Below, in pieces: positions 14,484-24,035 of a stretch of 40,338 nucleotides of DNA. Position numbers and translations under genes: made by a program. The notes below the pieces were generated by a model that saw nothing but the letters and a program-made list of their open reading frames with translations, was not told the DNA's origin and searched no databases. Origin of the DNA: a virus; IMG/VR virus record IMGVR_UViG_3300045988_084902; one strand, given 5' to 3'. Numbering within the stretch: the stretch's first letter is position 1; every line of letters starts with the position of its first letter.

Positions 14484-15647
14484 ATGAGGTACGGAGTGCC
14501 ATATCAGGGCAGCAAAAACAAAATAGCCAACTGGGTTGTTGACCACCTTCCGGACGGAAAAACGCTTGTTGATTTGTTTGCCGGTGGATGTGCCGTTACT
14601 CATGCTGCTATTTTGGCTGGCAAGTGGGAGAACTTTATCGTAAACGATTTGGGTGACGCGCCAGAATTTTTTGAAAATGCGGTAAATGGAAAATATGCAA
14701 ACGAAAAGCGCTGGATTGATCGAGAAACATTCCAAAAACTGAAGGACGTTGACCCGTATGTGAGATATTGTTGGAGCTTTGGGAATAACGGAACCAACTA
14801 TCTATATGGGAAGGAAGTAGAACCATGGAAAAAAGCGATGCACTATGCGCGGGTTTTTGGCGACACATCGCTCTTGCAAAATATGAAAATCGAAGGAGAC
14901 GGAAGCCGTGCGGACGTTCTGGCGCATAAAGCCGAGTACAAGGAAAAATATATTCGGTGGTGGCTTTCACAGCAGAAATATTCCCAAGCAGAGCTTGACA
15001 AACTGATTAAAAACGTGAAAGCTGATGCCGAGAGAGACGAGGAAGAACTGAGGGCGTATCTTCGGAAAGCCTTGAAATCGTCAGGCTTGACGCAGGCTGA
15101 GGTTCAGCGTCGGCTCGGGACGCAGATGGCCGGGCATTACTTCGGACGCTCACAGTGGGAATTCCCGACGCGGGAAATGTACCAACGCATGCAGGAGTTT
15201 ATGCCGCTTCCTGATGATTACAATGAGATTGTCGGATTATACAGGCTCAGGCAAAGTCTGCAAAGTCTGCAAAGTCTGCAAAGTCTGCAAAGTCTGCAAA
15301 GTCTGGAAAGTCTGCAAAGTCTGGAACTTGATTATAGAAACGTTGAAATTCCGCAAGGCGCCGTTGTGTACGCTGACCCGCCATATAAAAATACAGACTG
15401 TACCGGGTATGCTGGGCAATTTGATTATGATGCTTTTGAAAAATGGCTTGCAGACGTTCCATTTATGGTAATTGTAAGCGAATACAATGCACCAAAAGGG
15501 TGTGTGGAAATTGCAAGCATAAAAAAGCGGCAGACAATGGGAACGGGGAATAAAGGCGGGACAAACACAGAAAAACTGTTCGTGCAAGACAGATTTTATG
15601 AACATTACAAGTGCGCAATGAATTATCAGATCGAGATGGACGCATAA
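14484..15647 (+). CDS. N6-adenine DNA methyltransferase, Dam/D12 class, with a large insert and a (QSL)n repeat
   Basis: N-terminus MRYGVPYQGSKNKIA, motif I DLFAGGCAV, motif IV VVYADPPYKN. ATG at 14484 after AAAGGA; the track start at 14451 lies inside the terminator. Confidence 0.8.
   Translation: MRYGVPYQGSKNKIANWVVDHLPDGKTLVDLFAGGCAVTHAAILAGKWENFIVNDLGDAPEFFENAVNGKYANEKRWIDRETFQKLKDVDPYVRYCWSFGNNGTNYLYGKEVEPWKKAMHYARVFGDTSLLQNMKIEGDGSRADVLAHKAEYKEKYIRWWLSQQKYSQAELDKLIKNVKADAERDEEELRAYLRKALKSSGLTQAEVQRRLGTQMAGHYFGRSQWEFPTREMYQRMQEFMPLPDDYNEIVGLYRLRQSLQSLQSLQSLQSLQSLESLQSLELDYRNVEIPQGAVVYADPPYKNTDCTGYAGQFDYDAFEKWLADVPFMVIVSEYNAPKGCVEIASIKKRQTMGTGNKGGTNTEKLFVQDRFYEHYKCAMNYQIEMDA
15252..15323. 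repeat. Eight tandem 9-bp repeats (caaagtctg x6, gaaagtctg, caaagtctg), in frame in the methyltransferase
   Basis: Read directly from the sequence. Encodes QSLQSLQSLQSLQSLQSLESLQSL. Confidence 0.95.
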
Positions 15648-15661
15648 AGCGAGGTGATAAA

Positions 15662-16096
15662 GTGGCATCAAGAAAAAAACCGGTGGGCGCACCACCTAAA
15701 TACAGAAGCGTAAAGGCAATGCAAGAAAAGATTGATGCCTACTTTGAAGCCTGTAAAGGAAAACCGTTCGTAGATGAAAACGAGGAACCGATGCGAAATA
15801 AAAACGGCTATATCATCTATGACGATAAAAAGCCGCCTACTGTAACAGGATTGGCGCTTGCACTTGGATTTACATCAAGGCAAGCGCTTTTGAATTACCA
15901 AAACAAACCAGAGTTTGTTGACACGATTACGCGCGCAAAGGCTCAGTGCGAGCAATACGCCGAAGAAAGACTGTACGACAAAGACGGCTCCAACGGCGCA
16001 CAGTTCAGTTTGCGGGCAAATTTCGGATGGGATGACAAACCGAAGCAAGAGAGCGCGGGAACGGTGAATATTATTTATGATGTGCCAAGAGAATAA
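15662..16096 (+). CDS. terS: Terminase small subunit (GTG start)
   Basis: Sequence: KKPVGAPPKYRSVKAMQEKIDAYFEAC...PPTVTGLALALGFTSRQALLNYQ. The gene is directly upstream of terL. Confidence 0.75.
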   Translation: MASRKKPVGAPPKYRSVKAMQEKIDAYFEACKGKPFVDENEEPMRNKNGYIIYDDKKPPTVTGLALALGFTSRQALLNYQNKPEFVDTITRAKAQCEQYAEERLYDKDGSNGAQFSLRANFGWDDKPKQESAGTVNIIYDVPRE

Positions 16097-17360
16097 ACAT
16101 ATCAAGGATATTATTTCGCCAGCATTTTATAAGCCATTCTGGGACATTGAAGATGGTAAAGTTCAAGAGTTTGTGGCAAAAGGCGGACGTGGCAGCACAA
16201 AGTCAAGCTTCATTGGCGTTGAAGTTATTTTGCAGCTGAGGGCACATCCGCAATGCCACGCGGCAGTGTTCCGCAAGGTCGGAAACACACTGCGCACAAG
16301 CGTTTATGCACAGATCGTATGGGCAATCAATGAGCTTGGCTTGCACGACCATTTTCGCTGCACAGTCTCCCCGATGGAATGCACCTATTTGCCAACCGGG
16401 CAAAAGGTGCTTTTTTTCGGCGTTGATGACCCCGGAAAGGTAAAGTCAATCAAAGTGCCGTTTGGTTATATCGGCATCTGCTGGTTTGAAGAACTAGACC
16501 AGTTTGACGGCGAAGAGCAAATCCGAAACGTGGAGCAGTCCTGCCTGCGCGGCGGCGATTGGTTCATTACGTTCAAGAGCTTCAACCCGCCTGCAATGGC
16601 GCGGAACTGGGCAAACGGGTACGCTCTGAAAGCGCGGGCGGGAAAGCTGATACATCATTCCACCTACAAGACAACGCCCGCAGAATGGCTCGGAGAGCGG
16701 TTCCTGGCCGATGCTGAATATTTGCAGCGCACAAACGAAACGGCATACCGCCACGAGTATCTGGGCGAGGTAGTCGGCAGCGGCACAGCAGTATTCGAGA
16801 ACCTGAAAATTCAACAAATCACAGACGAACAGTTGAAAACATTCGACAGAATCAAGCGCGGCGTTGACTGGGGCTGGTATCCAGACCCGTGGGCGTACAA
16901 TGCAATGCACTTTGATGCAGCCAGGCGCACGCTGTACATCTTTGACGAGCTAACAAGGCGTAGAACCAGCAATAGGGACACTGCACAGCTGCTTTTGGAT
17001 AGAGGGCTGACGCGTGAGGATAAAGTCTGCGCGGATAGTGCCGAGCCGAAATCTATCGCGGACTATAACAAGTACGGCGTGAAAACATTCCCGGCCCGCA
17101 AAGGGCCGAAATCGGTTCGATACGGCACAAAGTGGCTGCAAATGCTGGAAGCTATTGTCATTGACCCGGAACGTTGCCCGGACACTGCAAAAGAGTTTAG
17201 CGAGTACGAGTACGAGCGAGATGCGAAAACAGGGGAAGTTTTGGAGGGGTATCCAGACATCAACAACCATCACATTGACGCTGTGCGTTATGCGATGGAA
17301 AGCACAGCGAACAAGGCGGGAGACACCGCCGAAACCAGATACAAGAGCATTTTCGTGTAA
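16077..17360 (+). CDS. terL: Terminase large subunit (PBSX/Terminase_3-like)
   Basis: Walker A-like FVAKGGRGSTKSS. 427 aa. The position supports the call. Confidence 0.85.
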   Translation: MMCQENKHIKDIISPAFYKPFWDIEDGKVQEFVAKGGRGSTKSSFIGVEVILQLRAHPQCHAAVFRKVGNTLRTSVYAQIVWAINELGLHDHFRCTVSPMECTYLPTGQKVLFFGVDDPGKVKSIKVPFGYIGICWFEELDQFDGEEQIRNVEQSCLRGGDWFITFKSFNPPAMARNWANGYALKARAGKLIHHSTYKTTPAEWLGERFLADAEYLQRTNETAYRHEYLGEVVGSGTAVFENLKIQQITDEQLKTFDRIKRGVDWGWYPDPWAYNAMHFDAARRTLYIFDELTRRRTSNRDTAQLLLDRGLTREDKVCADSAEPKSIADYNKYGVKTFPARKGPKSVRYGTKWLQMLEAIVIDPERCPDTAKEFSEYEYERDAKTGEVLEGYPDINNHHIDAVRYAMESTANKAGDTAETRYKSIFV

Positions 17361-17375
17361 AGGCGGTGATAAGAC

Positions 17376-18776
17376 GTGAAAACATACCAAGATTTTGTGT
17401 CGGTTGGCGAGGACGAAAAGGCCCGCATGAGTTTCATCCTGGGCGCAATCAATGAGTATAAGGCCGACCATAGCACACGCCTTGCAGCGAACGCCAACAA
17501 GTATTACCACGGAGAAAACCCTACAATCAACAAATACGAGAAAATCATCTACGACTTTCAGGGCAAGGCGCACCGTGACATGTACACGGCAAATCACAAG
17601 ATAGCAAGCAAGTTCTTTGGCCTGGTCGTAGACCAAGAAGTTTCGTATTTGCTGGGCAACGGCGTTTCATTTCAGAAGCCTGAAACAGAAAAGGCGCTGG
17701 GTGCGACGTTCGACGAAGATATTATGGACGCTGCCCGCCATGCTTTGATTGACGGGCAGTCTTTCGTGTTTTGGAATCTCGACCATGTACAGGTGTTTGC
17801 AGCAGAGGAATTTGTTCCCCTGTACGACGAGGAAGACGGATCCATGAAAGCCGGAATCCGTTTCTGGCAGGTGGCAGACGATAAGCCACTGCGCGCCACG
17901 CTGTACGAGCTTGACGGGTACACAGAGTATCAAAAGCCCAAAAGCGATGATATGGCGATTCTCAAGCCGAAACGCGCTTACAAGTTGAAGCTGCGCACCA
18001 GCGAGGCAGACGGCACAGAAATTTATGACGGTGAGAATTATCCAGGATTTCCCATTATCCCGCTAAAAAACGGAGAGCAGGCCCACAGCGAGTTACAGGG
18101 GCGACAGAATACCATTGACGCGCTCGACCTTGCCAGCAGCAACATGGTCAACAACGTGGACGAGGGAAACCTGATCTACTGGGTTTTGACCAACTGCGGA
18201 GGCATGGACGAGCAGGACGATACAAAGTTCATTGAGCGTCTGAAAACGACCCATGTCGCCCATGCTGACGGTGACGAGGGCGCGAAGGCCACGCCACAGA
18301 GCATCGAAGCGCCGTTCCAAGGCACGCAGGCGACTATTGATATGCTGACCAAAAAGCTGTACACGGATTTTCAGGCGTTTGACGCATCTGCCGTGAGCGC
18401 TGGCAACCAAACTGCAACGGCTATCAAAGCCAGTTATGTGCCACTCGACCTGAAAACGGACAAGTTTGAAAGTTGCGTGACGCGCTGCATCAAGGGCATT
18501 TTGGCGGTTGCCGGGCTTGATGACGAGCCAACATATACGCGCAACCAGATTATCAACAAGCAGGAAGAAACGCAGACAGTGATGCTGGGCGCGGAATACT
18601 ACGATGATGAATACATCACCAAAAAGCTGCTGACTATTCTCGGCGACGCAGACCAGTTTGAAGAATTGATGCGCCGCAAGGCTGCCGAGGAGCTAGACCG
18701 TACAATTATCAACTCGCCACCTAACGAGCCGCAGAACCAGCCGGGAGAGGGAATGAACGGCAATGGTGAGACCTGA
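17376..18776 (+). CDS. Portal protein (SPP1 gp6-like)
   Basis: 466 aa, immediately after terL, with an acidic C-terminus. Confidence 0.8.
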   Translation: MKTYQDFVSVGEDEKARMSFILGAINEYKADHSTRLAANANKYYHGENPTINKYEKIIYDFQGKAHRDMYTANHKIASKFFGLVVDQEVSYLLGNGVSFQKPETEKALGATFDEDIMDAARHALIDGQSFVFWNLDHVQVFAAEEFVPLYDEEDGSMKAGIRFWQVADDKPLRATLYELDGYTEYQKPKSDDMAILKPKRAYKLKLRTSEADGTEIYDGENYPGFPIIPLKNGEQAHSELQGRQNTIDALDLASSNMVNNVDEGNLIYWVLTNCGGMDEQDDTKFIERLKTTHVAHADGDEGAKATPQSIEAPFQGTQATIDMLTKKLYTDFQAFDASAVSAGNQTATAIKASYVPLDLKTDKFESCVTRCIKGILAVAGLDDEPTYTRNQIINKQEETQTVMLGAEYYDDEYITKKLLTILGDADQFEELMRRKAAEELDRTIINSPPNEPQNQPGEGMNGNGET

Positions 18777-19770
18777 TTACGCCCACAAACTGACGGATGA
18801 ACAGCTCGCCGATCTGGAACGGCGCATCGCAAAGCTGTACAAAGAAGCTGCTGACGAATTGACCGACACGGTGAAAGCCTATTTTGAACAGTTCGAGAAG
18901 CGCGATGCCGCTATGCAAGAAAAGCTCGATGCAGGCGAAATCACCGAACAGCAGTACAAGCAATGGCGGGTTGCGCAGATAGGGCGCGGCAAGCGTTTTG
19001 AAGCCCTGCGCGATAAAGTGGCAGAAAGATACACCGATGCCAATGCAACGGCTGTGGCATACGTCAATGACGCCACGCCGGGCATCTACACGCTGAACAG
19101 AAATTATGCAGCTTACAAAATCGAGCAGGTAAGCGACAGCGCAGACTTTGCGCTATGGGACGAACAGACGGTCAGACGTCTGATCGTGGAACAGCCTGAC
19201 TTGATGCCATATTACCCGCCAAAGCGTGCATTGCAGCGCGGCATTGATTTGAAATACGGCAAGCAACAAATCACAGCCAGCGTCACAAGCTCCATCTTGC
19301 AAGGCAAGGGAATTGGAAAAATTGCGGATGACCTGCAAAGCCGTATGCAGGACATGAACCGCACGAGCGCCATCAGAACGGCACGAACAGCAGTCACAGG
19401 AGCACAGAACGCGGGACGGCTAGATACTTACCGTTCAGCGCAGAACATGGGAATCAAGCTGAAAAAACGCTGGCTGGCAACGCTGGACAACCGCACACGC
19501 CATGCGCATGCAATGCTTGACGGCCAGACAGTAGACGTTGACAAACCGTTTAAGGTTGACGGCTACAAGCTTATGTATCCGGGAGACAGTTCCGCGCCGG
19601 GCTATCTTGTGTATAACTGCCGATGTACCCAGATTGCGGAGGTTGACGGCGAAGACACAAGCAGCGGCGGCAGACGCGCCAAAGACCCCGAAACAGGGGA
19701 ATCTGTGCTTGTGGAAGATATGACCTATGCAGAGTGGGCGGGGTGGAAACGCAATGCAGATACGACTTGA
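18763..19770 (+). CDS. Minor head protein / head morphogenesis protein (SPP1 gp7 / Mu F-like)
   Basis: Sequence: TRHAHAMLDGQTVDVDKPF...PGYLVYNCRCT. The gene follows the portal gene. Confidence 0.8.
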   Translation: MVRPDYAHKLTDEQLADLERRIAKLYKEAADELTDTVKAYFEQFEKRDAAMQEKLDAGEITEQQYKQWRVAQIGRGKRFEALRDKVAERYTDANATAVAYVNDATPGIYTLNRNYAAYKIEQVSDSADFALWDEQTVRRLIVEQPDLMPYYPPKRALQRGIDLKYGKQQITASVTSSILQGKGIGKIADDLQSRMQDMNRTSAIRTARTAVTGAQNAGRLDTYRSAQNMGIKLKKRWLATLDNRTRHAHAMLDGQTVDVDKPFKVDGYKLMYPGDSSAPGYLVYNCRCTQIAEVDGEDTSSGGRRAKDPETGESVLVEDMTYAEWAGWKRNADTT

Positions 19771-20167
19771 AGACCACAGCGATGAGGTATTGGAAGCGCT
19801 GGAATCCGCTTGCCAGCGGGCGCTGGAAAAATGCGGGATGGTAGCAGAGGGCTATGCCAAAAAGCTTGTAAACAGCCCCGGTAAATTTGGAACTGGCGCA
19901 TTGCGCAATAGCATCACTCATACAGTGACAAACAGCGGAGAACGCGCCGCCTATGTCGGCACAAATAGCGAATACGGCGTATACGTTGAGTGCGGAACCG
20001 GCATATATTACCCCGGCGGCAGACAAACGCCGTGGGTATATCAAGACGCAAAAGGCAATTGGCATTTGACGCACGGCCAACGGGCAAAGCCATTTATCAA
20101 GCCTGCTGTCGCCGAGCACGGCGAACAGTACAAAAAAATCATCGAAGCAGAGCTGAAAGGCAAATAA
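19754..20167 (+). CDS. HK97 gp10-family protein
   Basis: Sequence: GALRNSITHTV...AYVGTNSEYGVYVECGTG...AKPFIKPAV. Confidence 0.6.
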   Translation: MQIRLEDHSDEVLEALESACQRALEKCGMVAEGYAKKLVNSPGKFGTGALRNSITHTVTNSGERAAYVGTNSEYGVYVECGTGIYYPGGRQTPWVYQDAKGNWHLTHGQRAKPFIKPAVAEHGEQYKKIIEAELKGK

Positions 20168-20200
20168 GCCTCTCGGCTCTTTTTATTGGGAGGAAAGCAC

Positions 20201-20584
20201 ATGAAAAAAATTCTTTATATCGCAATCGCAGTTATGGCCTCAGTTTTGCTTTTGTGTGGATGCTCCGAAGCCGATAGAGCAAACTACAATATTTCTAAAC
20301 AAGCCGATTACTTTGATAGCGAACGAAAAATCACCGTATACAACGCCAGAACAGACAAGGTCATTATGGAAGCCGAGGGGTATATGTCTATCTCCAACAA
20401 TTCCAACAACGAACTCGTCTGCACTGTAAAGGTTGGCCCTGATACTTACAGGAAAAATTACATCTACCTAAACAGCTACACGATGTACGTTGTCGAGGAC
20501 ATTACAGGAACACACACAGACCCGTACCATTACAAGCTGTATTTCCACACAAATGTGCTACCCAGCGTTGAAGTGAAACCGTAA
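20201..20584 (+). CDS. Lipoprotein (moron inside the head module)
   Basis: Signal peptide plus lipobox: MKKILYIAIAVMASVLLLCGCS. SD GGGAGG. Two terminators follow the gene. Confidence 0.7.
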   Translation: MKKILYIAIAVMASVLLLCGCSEADRANYNISKQADYFDSERKITVYNARTDKVIMEAEGYMSISNNSNNELVCTVKVGPDTYRKNYIYLNSYTMYVVEDITGTHTDPYHYKLYFHTNVLPSVEVKP

Positions 20585-20599
20585 AAGGCAAGTTTACCT

Positions 20600-20638
20600 A
20601 GCAACTACCGAGACTTTCTCGGAGGTTGCTATTTTTAT
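20600..20638 (+). terminator. Intrinsic terminator after the lipoprotein gene
   Basis: Stem of ~13 bp, agcaactaccgaga-ctt-tctcggaggttgct, then atttttat. Confidence 0.7.
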
Positions 20639-20643
20639 ACGCA

Positions 20644-20671
20644 AAAACGGCGAAGCACTGCCGTTTTGAAT
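20644..20671 (+). terminator. Second hairpin/terminator
   Basis: Stem aaaacggc-gaagcact-gccgtttt. Confidence 0.45.
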
Positions 20672-20719
20672 AAAACGCGAATGTCGAAGAACTGACACCG
20701 AAGAAAAGGAGCGAAAACA

Positions 20720-21343
20720 TTGGCTATTACTCGCAAGCTGCTGAAAGGTATGGGGCTGACCGAAGAGCAGCAGGACACCATTATTGAAGCCCACACTGAC
20801 ACCGTAAACGGTTTGAAAGCGGACGTTGACCGCTATAAAGCCGATGCGGAAAAACTTCCCGGCGTTCAAAAGGAACTGGACGAACTGAAAGGAAAAGGCG
20901 ATGACGGCTACAAGGCAAAGTATGAATCCGAGCACCAGGCTTTTGAGGATTACAAAACCAGCGTGGCCGCCGAAAAGACTACCGCTGCCAAAGAAAAGGC
21001 AGTGGAAGCTGTGCTGAAGAAAATCGGCGTATCCGAAAAGCGCTTGCAGAGCGTGGCGAAGCTGGCAAAGGCTGACGGCCTGCTGGATGCGCTGGAGCTG
21101 GACGATGACGGAGCTGTGAAAGAGGCTGACAAGCTGGAAAAGAGCTTGAAGGACAGTTACAGCGACTACATCGTTACTACCAGCACGCAGGGCGCAAACA
21201 CGGCGAACCCGCCTGCCAACAGCGGCGGCGCAAAGCTCACAATGGCCGACATCTATAAAAAAGATGAAAAAGGGCGCTATGTCATGGATTATGAAGCACG
21301 CCTGAAGGCCATCGAAGAGAATCTGAACAACCAGAACACATGA
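20720..21343 (+). CDS. Scaffolding protein (TTG start)
   Basis: Coiled-coil, charged 207-aa protein directly upstream of the capsid gene. Confidence 0.7.
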   Translation: MAITRKLLKGMGLTEEQQDTIIEAHTDTVNGLKADVDRYKADAEKLPGVQKELDELKGKGDDGYKAKYESEHQAFEDYKTSVAAEKTTAAKEKAVEAVLKKIGVSEKRLQSVAKLAKADGLLDALELDDDGAVKEADKLEKSLKDSYSDYIVTTSTQGANTANPPANSGGAKLTMADIYKKDEKGRYVMDYEARLKAIEENLNNQNT

Positions 21344-21356
21344 AAGGAGCCTTAAA

Positions 21357-22295
21357 ATGGCAGCAACTAAAATTGAAACCCTGACTACCCCCCGCGACAG
21401 TCTGCCCAATGTCTACACCGGCGTGACTGCTCGCGAGCTTGATTTTGTGACCCGCTTTGCCGACAACTGGGAGGCACTGCGGGAAATCTACGGCATCATG
21501 CGGCCCATCCGCAAGCAGGCGGGCACATCGCTGGTGTCTTACACCGCTAGCGTTGCGCTGGAGAGCGGCACTGTGCCCGCCGGTGCTGTAATCCCCTATA
21601 GCAAGACCACTATCACCCAGGCCACAAAGGAAGACATCACCCTGCAAAAGTACGCAAAAGCCGTGCCCATCGAGGATGTGGACAAGTATGGCGCGACAAT
21701 CGCCGTGCAAAAGTCCGACGATGCTTTCCTCACCAAGCTGCAAAACGAGGTGATGAGCAAATTTTACACCTTCCTGAACACCGGCAGCCTGACCGGCGAT
21801 GCTGCCTCCTGGCAGGCCGCTCTGGCAAAGGCTCAGGGCGAGGTGCTGAACAAGTTTGCCACCATTCAGAAGGATGTGACTGAAGTTGTCGGCTTTGCAA
21901 ATATTCTGGATGCTTATGACTATCTGGGAAGTACGCAGGTGACCGTACAGAACGCTTTCGGACTGACCTACATCAAGAACTTTATGGGCTACAGCACCCT
22001 GTTCCTGCTGCCAGCAACTCAGATTGCCCGCAACAAGGTCATTGCAACCCCCGTGGAAAACATTGACCTGTACTATGTTGACCCCTCTAGCGAGTTCTCT
22101 AGCCTGGGCCTGACTTACACCGTGAGCGGGGAAACTCCCCTGATCGGCTTCCATGCTCAGGGCAACTATGGCACTGCTGTGGGTGAGAGCTTTGCGGTTA
22201 TGGGCATGGCGCTGTGGGCTGAGTATCTGGACGGCATTGCGGTTATCACTGTCAATCCTGCTGCAACTAAGGCCGACGTGAACACCAAGAGCTGA
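21357..22295 (+). CDS. Major capsid protein
   Basis: 312 aa, positioned after the scaffold gene, with a strong SD (AAAGGAG). Confidence 0.8.
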   Translation: MAATKIETLTTPRDSLPNVYTGVTARELDFVTRFADNWEALREIYGIMRPIRKQAGTSLVSYTASVALESGTVPAGAVIPYSKTTITQATKEDITLQKYAKAVPIEDVDKYGATIAVQKSDDAFLTKLQNEVMSKFYTFLNTGSLTGDAASWQAALAKAQGEVLNKFATIQKDVTEVVGFANILDAYDYLGSTQVTVQNAFGLTYIKNFMGYSTLFLLPATQIARNKVIATPVENIDLYYVDPSSEFSSLGLTYTVSGETPLIGFHAQGNYGTAVGESFAVMGMALWAEYLDGIAVITVNPAATKADVNTKS

Positions 22296-22313
22296 TAAAA
22301 GGAGGGCAGCGTA

Positions 22314-22739
22314 ATGCTTGAAGAATTGATGAGGGAGTGCCGGAACTGGTTTGTAGTCCCGAACGGCGTACACCTGGGCACGTTTACCATCGAAGACGGC
22401 AGCATTGCGCTGCCTTTTTTAGTTATTGGGCAATATTTCCGCATTATCGGGAGCACGTTCAACGATGGCGTGTACCAGTACGGTGCTGGCAGCTTGACCG
22501 ATGAAACGTTTGACGGTGCTGTGTGGGCGCTTGCTGTGCCCGCTGCCTTTATTTCTCTGGTTGAGGATGTGGAAGCATGGCGCAGCAAGTATGAGAGCGC
22601 TGCAAACAGCCCGTTTCAAAGCGAGAGTTTTGCAGGGTATAGTTACACCAAATCGAGCGCAAACGGCAATTCTGGCGGCTCTGTGACGGGCTGGCATGGT
22701 GTGTTTGCGTCCCGGCTGAACAAATGGAGAAAGCTATGA
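22314..22739 (+). CDS. Head-tail connector/adaptor protein
   Basis: Position in the SPP1-like gene order (equivalent to gp15). Confidence 0.55.
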   Translation: MLEELMRECRNWFVVPNGVHLGTFTIEDGSIALPFLVIGQYFRIIGSTFNDGVYQYGAGSLTDETFDGAVWALAVPAAFISLVEDVEAWRSKYESAANSPFQSESFAGYSYTKSSANGNSGGSVTGWHGVFASRLNKWRKL

Positions 22740-23101
22740 GCCTTTTAGATGATTTTTCGCACAGCTGCATCATTATGGACAAGCGGACAAAGCCTGACGG
22801 CGAGGGCGGCTATGCTACCGAGTGGAGCGAGGGCGCAGAGTTTGCGAATTACGTTGCATTTGACAGCAGCCTTGAAGCACGGCAGGCCGAAGCACAGGGT
22901 GTGACCAGCGTATATACCGGGATTGTGCGGAAAGATGTGCCTATTGAATACGGCAGCGTATACAAGGACTCTACTACTGGGGCATATTTCCGGGTCACGA
23001 GCCGCCCGGAAGAAAAGCAAGCCCCGGCAAGCGCTTCCCCGATGCTGAACGGCCTAAAAAGTTTTACGGCTGAACGATTGCGGGAGGGATTGCCGACATG
23101 A
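22736..23101 (+). CDS. Head closure (stopper) protein
   Basis: ATGA overlap, and position (equivalent to gp16). Confidence 0.55.
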   Translation: MSLLDDFSHSCIIMDKRTKPDGEGGYATEWSEGAEFANYVAFDSSLEARQAEAQGVTSVYTGIVRKDVPIEYGSVYKDSTTGAYFRVTSRPEEKQAPASASPMLNGLKSFTAERLREGLPT

Positions 23102-23466
23102 CAAAGGGCGCCGCATTACAGCAGTTTTTCGGGCGATTTATGACCGCTTACGCCACAAACGCCGTGCCGGATGACGCTGTACTCCCATACCTAACCTATG
23201 ATGCTGTGTTTGACGCATGGGGCGGCGGGGCGGTATCGCTGACGGTCAACATGTGGTTCTATACCACGAGCGAAGCGGTGCCCAATGCAAAGGCACTTGA
23301 GCTTTCGAACGCGCTGGGCATTGGCGGCGTGACGCTGCCGGTAGATGGCGGCTTTATTTGGTTAAAACGCGGCTCCCCGTTCTGCCAATCGCTGGCAGAT
23401 GACACAGATAAAAACCTAAAACGGCGGTACATCAACGTGACCGCCGAATTTTTATGCTTAAATTGA
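23098..23466 (+). CDS. Tail completion/terminator protein
   Basis: ATGA overlap, and position before the major tail gene. Confidence 0.5.
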   Translation: MTKGAALQQFFGRFMTAYATNAVPDDAVLPYLTYDAVFDAWGGGAVSLTVNMWFYTTSEAVPNAKALELSNALGIGGVTLPVDGGFIWLKRGSPFCQSLADDTDKNLKRRYINVTAEFLCLN

Positions 23467-23475
23467 GGTGAAAAT

Positions 23476-24030
23476 ATGTTTAAGGTTATCCCCAAAGACA
23501 CTTTCGATAATTTGCAGATTGAAACAGGCGTTCTGCTGAGTACATTTGATCCATCTGCTGTAAAGGTGCCGGAAGATGCTGACATCATCTGTGCCACTAC
23601 CGGCGGCATTACCGCTACATGCACTCCAAAATACACCAACATTGCGGAGGATGTTGATAACGCACCTGACAACGTGAAAGAATTTCTCGTGCTTGATGGC
23701 TGGGACTGCGGAATGTCCTTTACGTCCCTTAGAACAGCCGCAGAAAGCATTCGGCTTTATCTTGGCGCGGCAGATGTTGTCGGAAACAAAATTACGCCGC
23801 GCGGCGCAGTTAAAAATGAGGATTTCCGGGATATCTGGTGGGTTGGCGACCGCGCCGACGGCGGCTGTGTTGCTATTAAGATGAAAAATGCGCTTTCTAC
23901 TGGCGGCTTCAGCTTGAAAACCGAGAAAAAAGGCAAGGGGCAAATTTCTGTGACTTTGACAGGGTATATTTCTGTCAAGAATCAGGACGAAGTGCCTATG
24001 GAGTTTTACAGCATCGACAAGCAGGTGTAA
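23476..24030 (+). CDS. Major tail protein
   Basis: 184 aa, directly upstream of the chaperone pair and the tape measure gene. Confidence 0.7.
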   Translation: MFKVIPKDTFDNLQIETGVLLSTFDPSAVKVPEDADIICATTGGITATCTPKYTNIAEDVDNAPDNVKEFLVLDGWDCGMSFTSLRTAAESIRLYLGAADVVGNKITPRGAVKNEDFRDIWWVGDRADGGCVAIKMKNALSTGGFSLKTEKKGKGQISVTLTGYISVKNQDEVPMEFYSIDKQV

Positions 24031-24035
24031 AAAAA

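Noticed and set aside
14040-14735. 231-aa minus-strand ORF across the noncoding island and the Dam start
   Set aside because: It has no SD and gives an Arg/Ser/Cys-rich nonsense-like translation. It overlaps the tRNA-like element, the terminator and the well-supported methyltransferase N-terminus.
16950-17636. 228-aa minus-strand ORF
   Set aside because: It is antisense to the terL/portal junction.
20594-22373. 271-aa and 363-aa minus-strand ORFs
   Set aside because: They are antisense shadows of the scaffold and major capsid genes. They are not preceded by an SD and would conflict with the conserved structural-module order.
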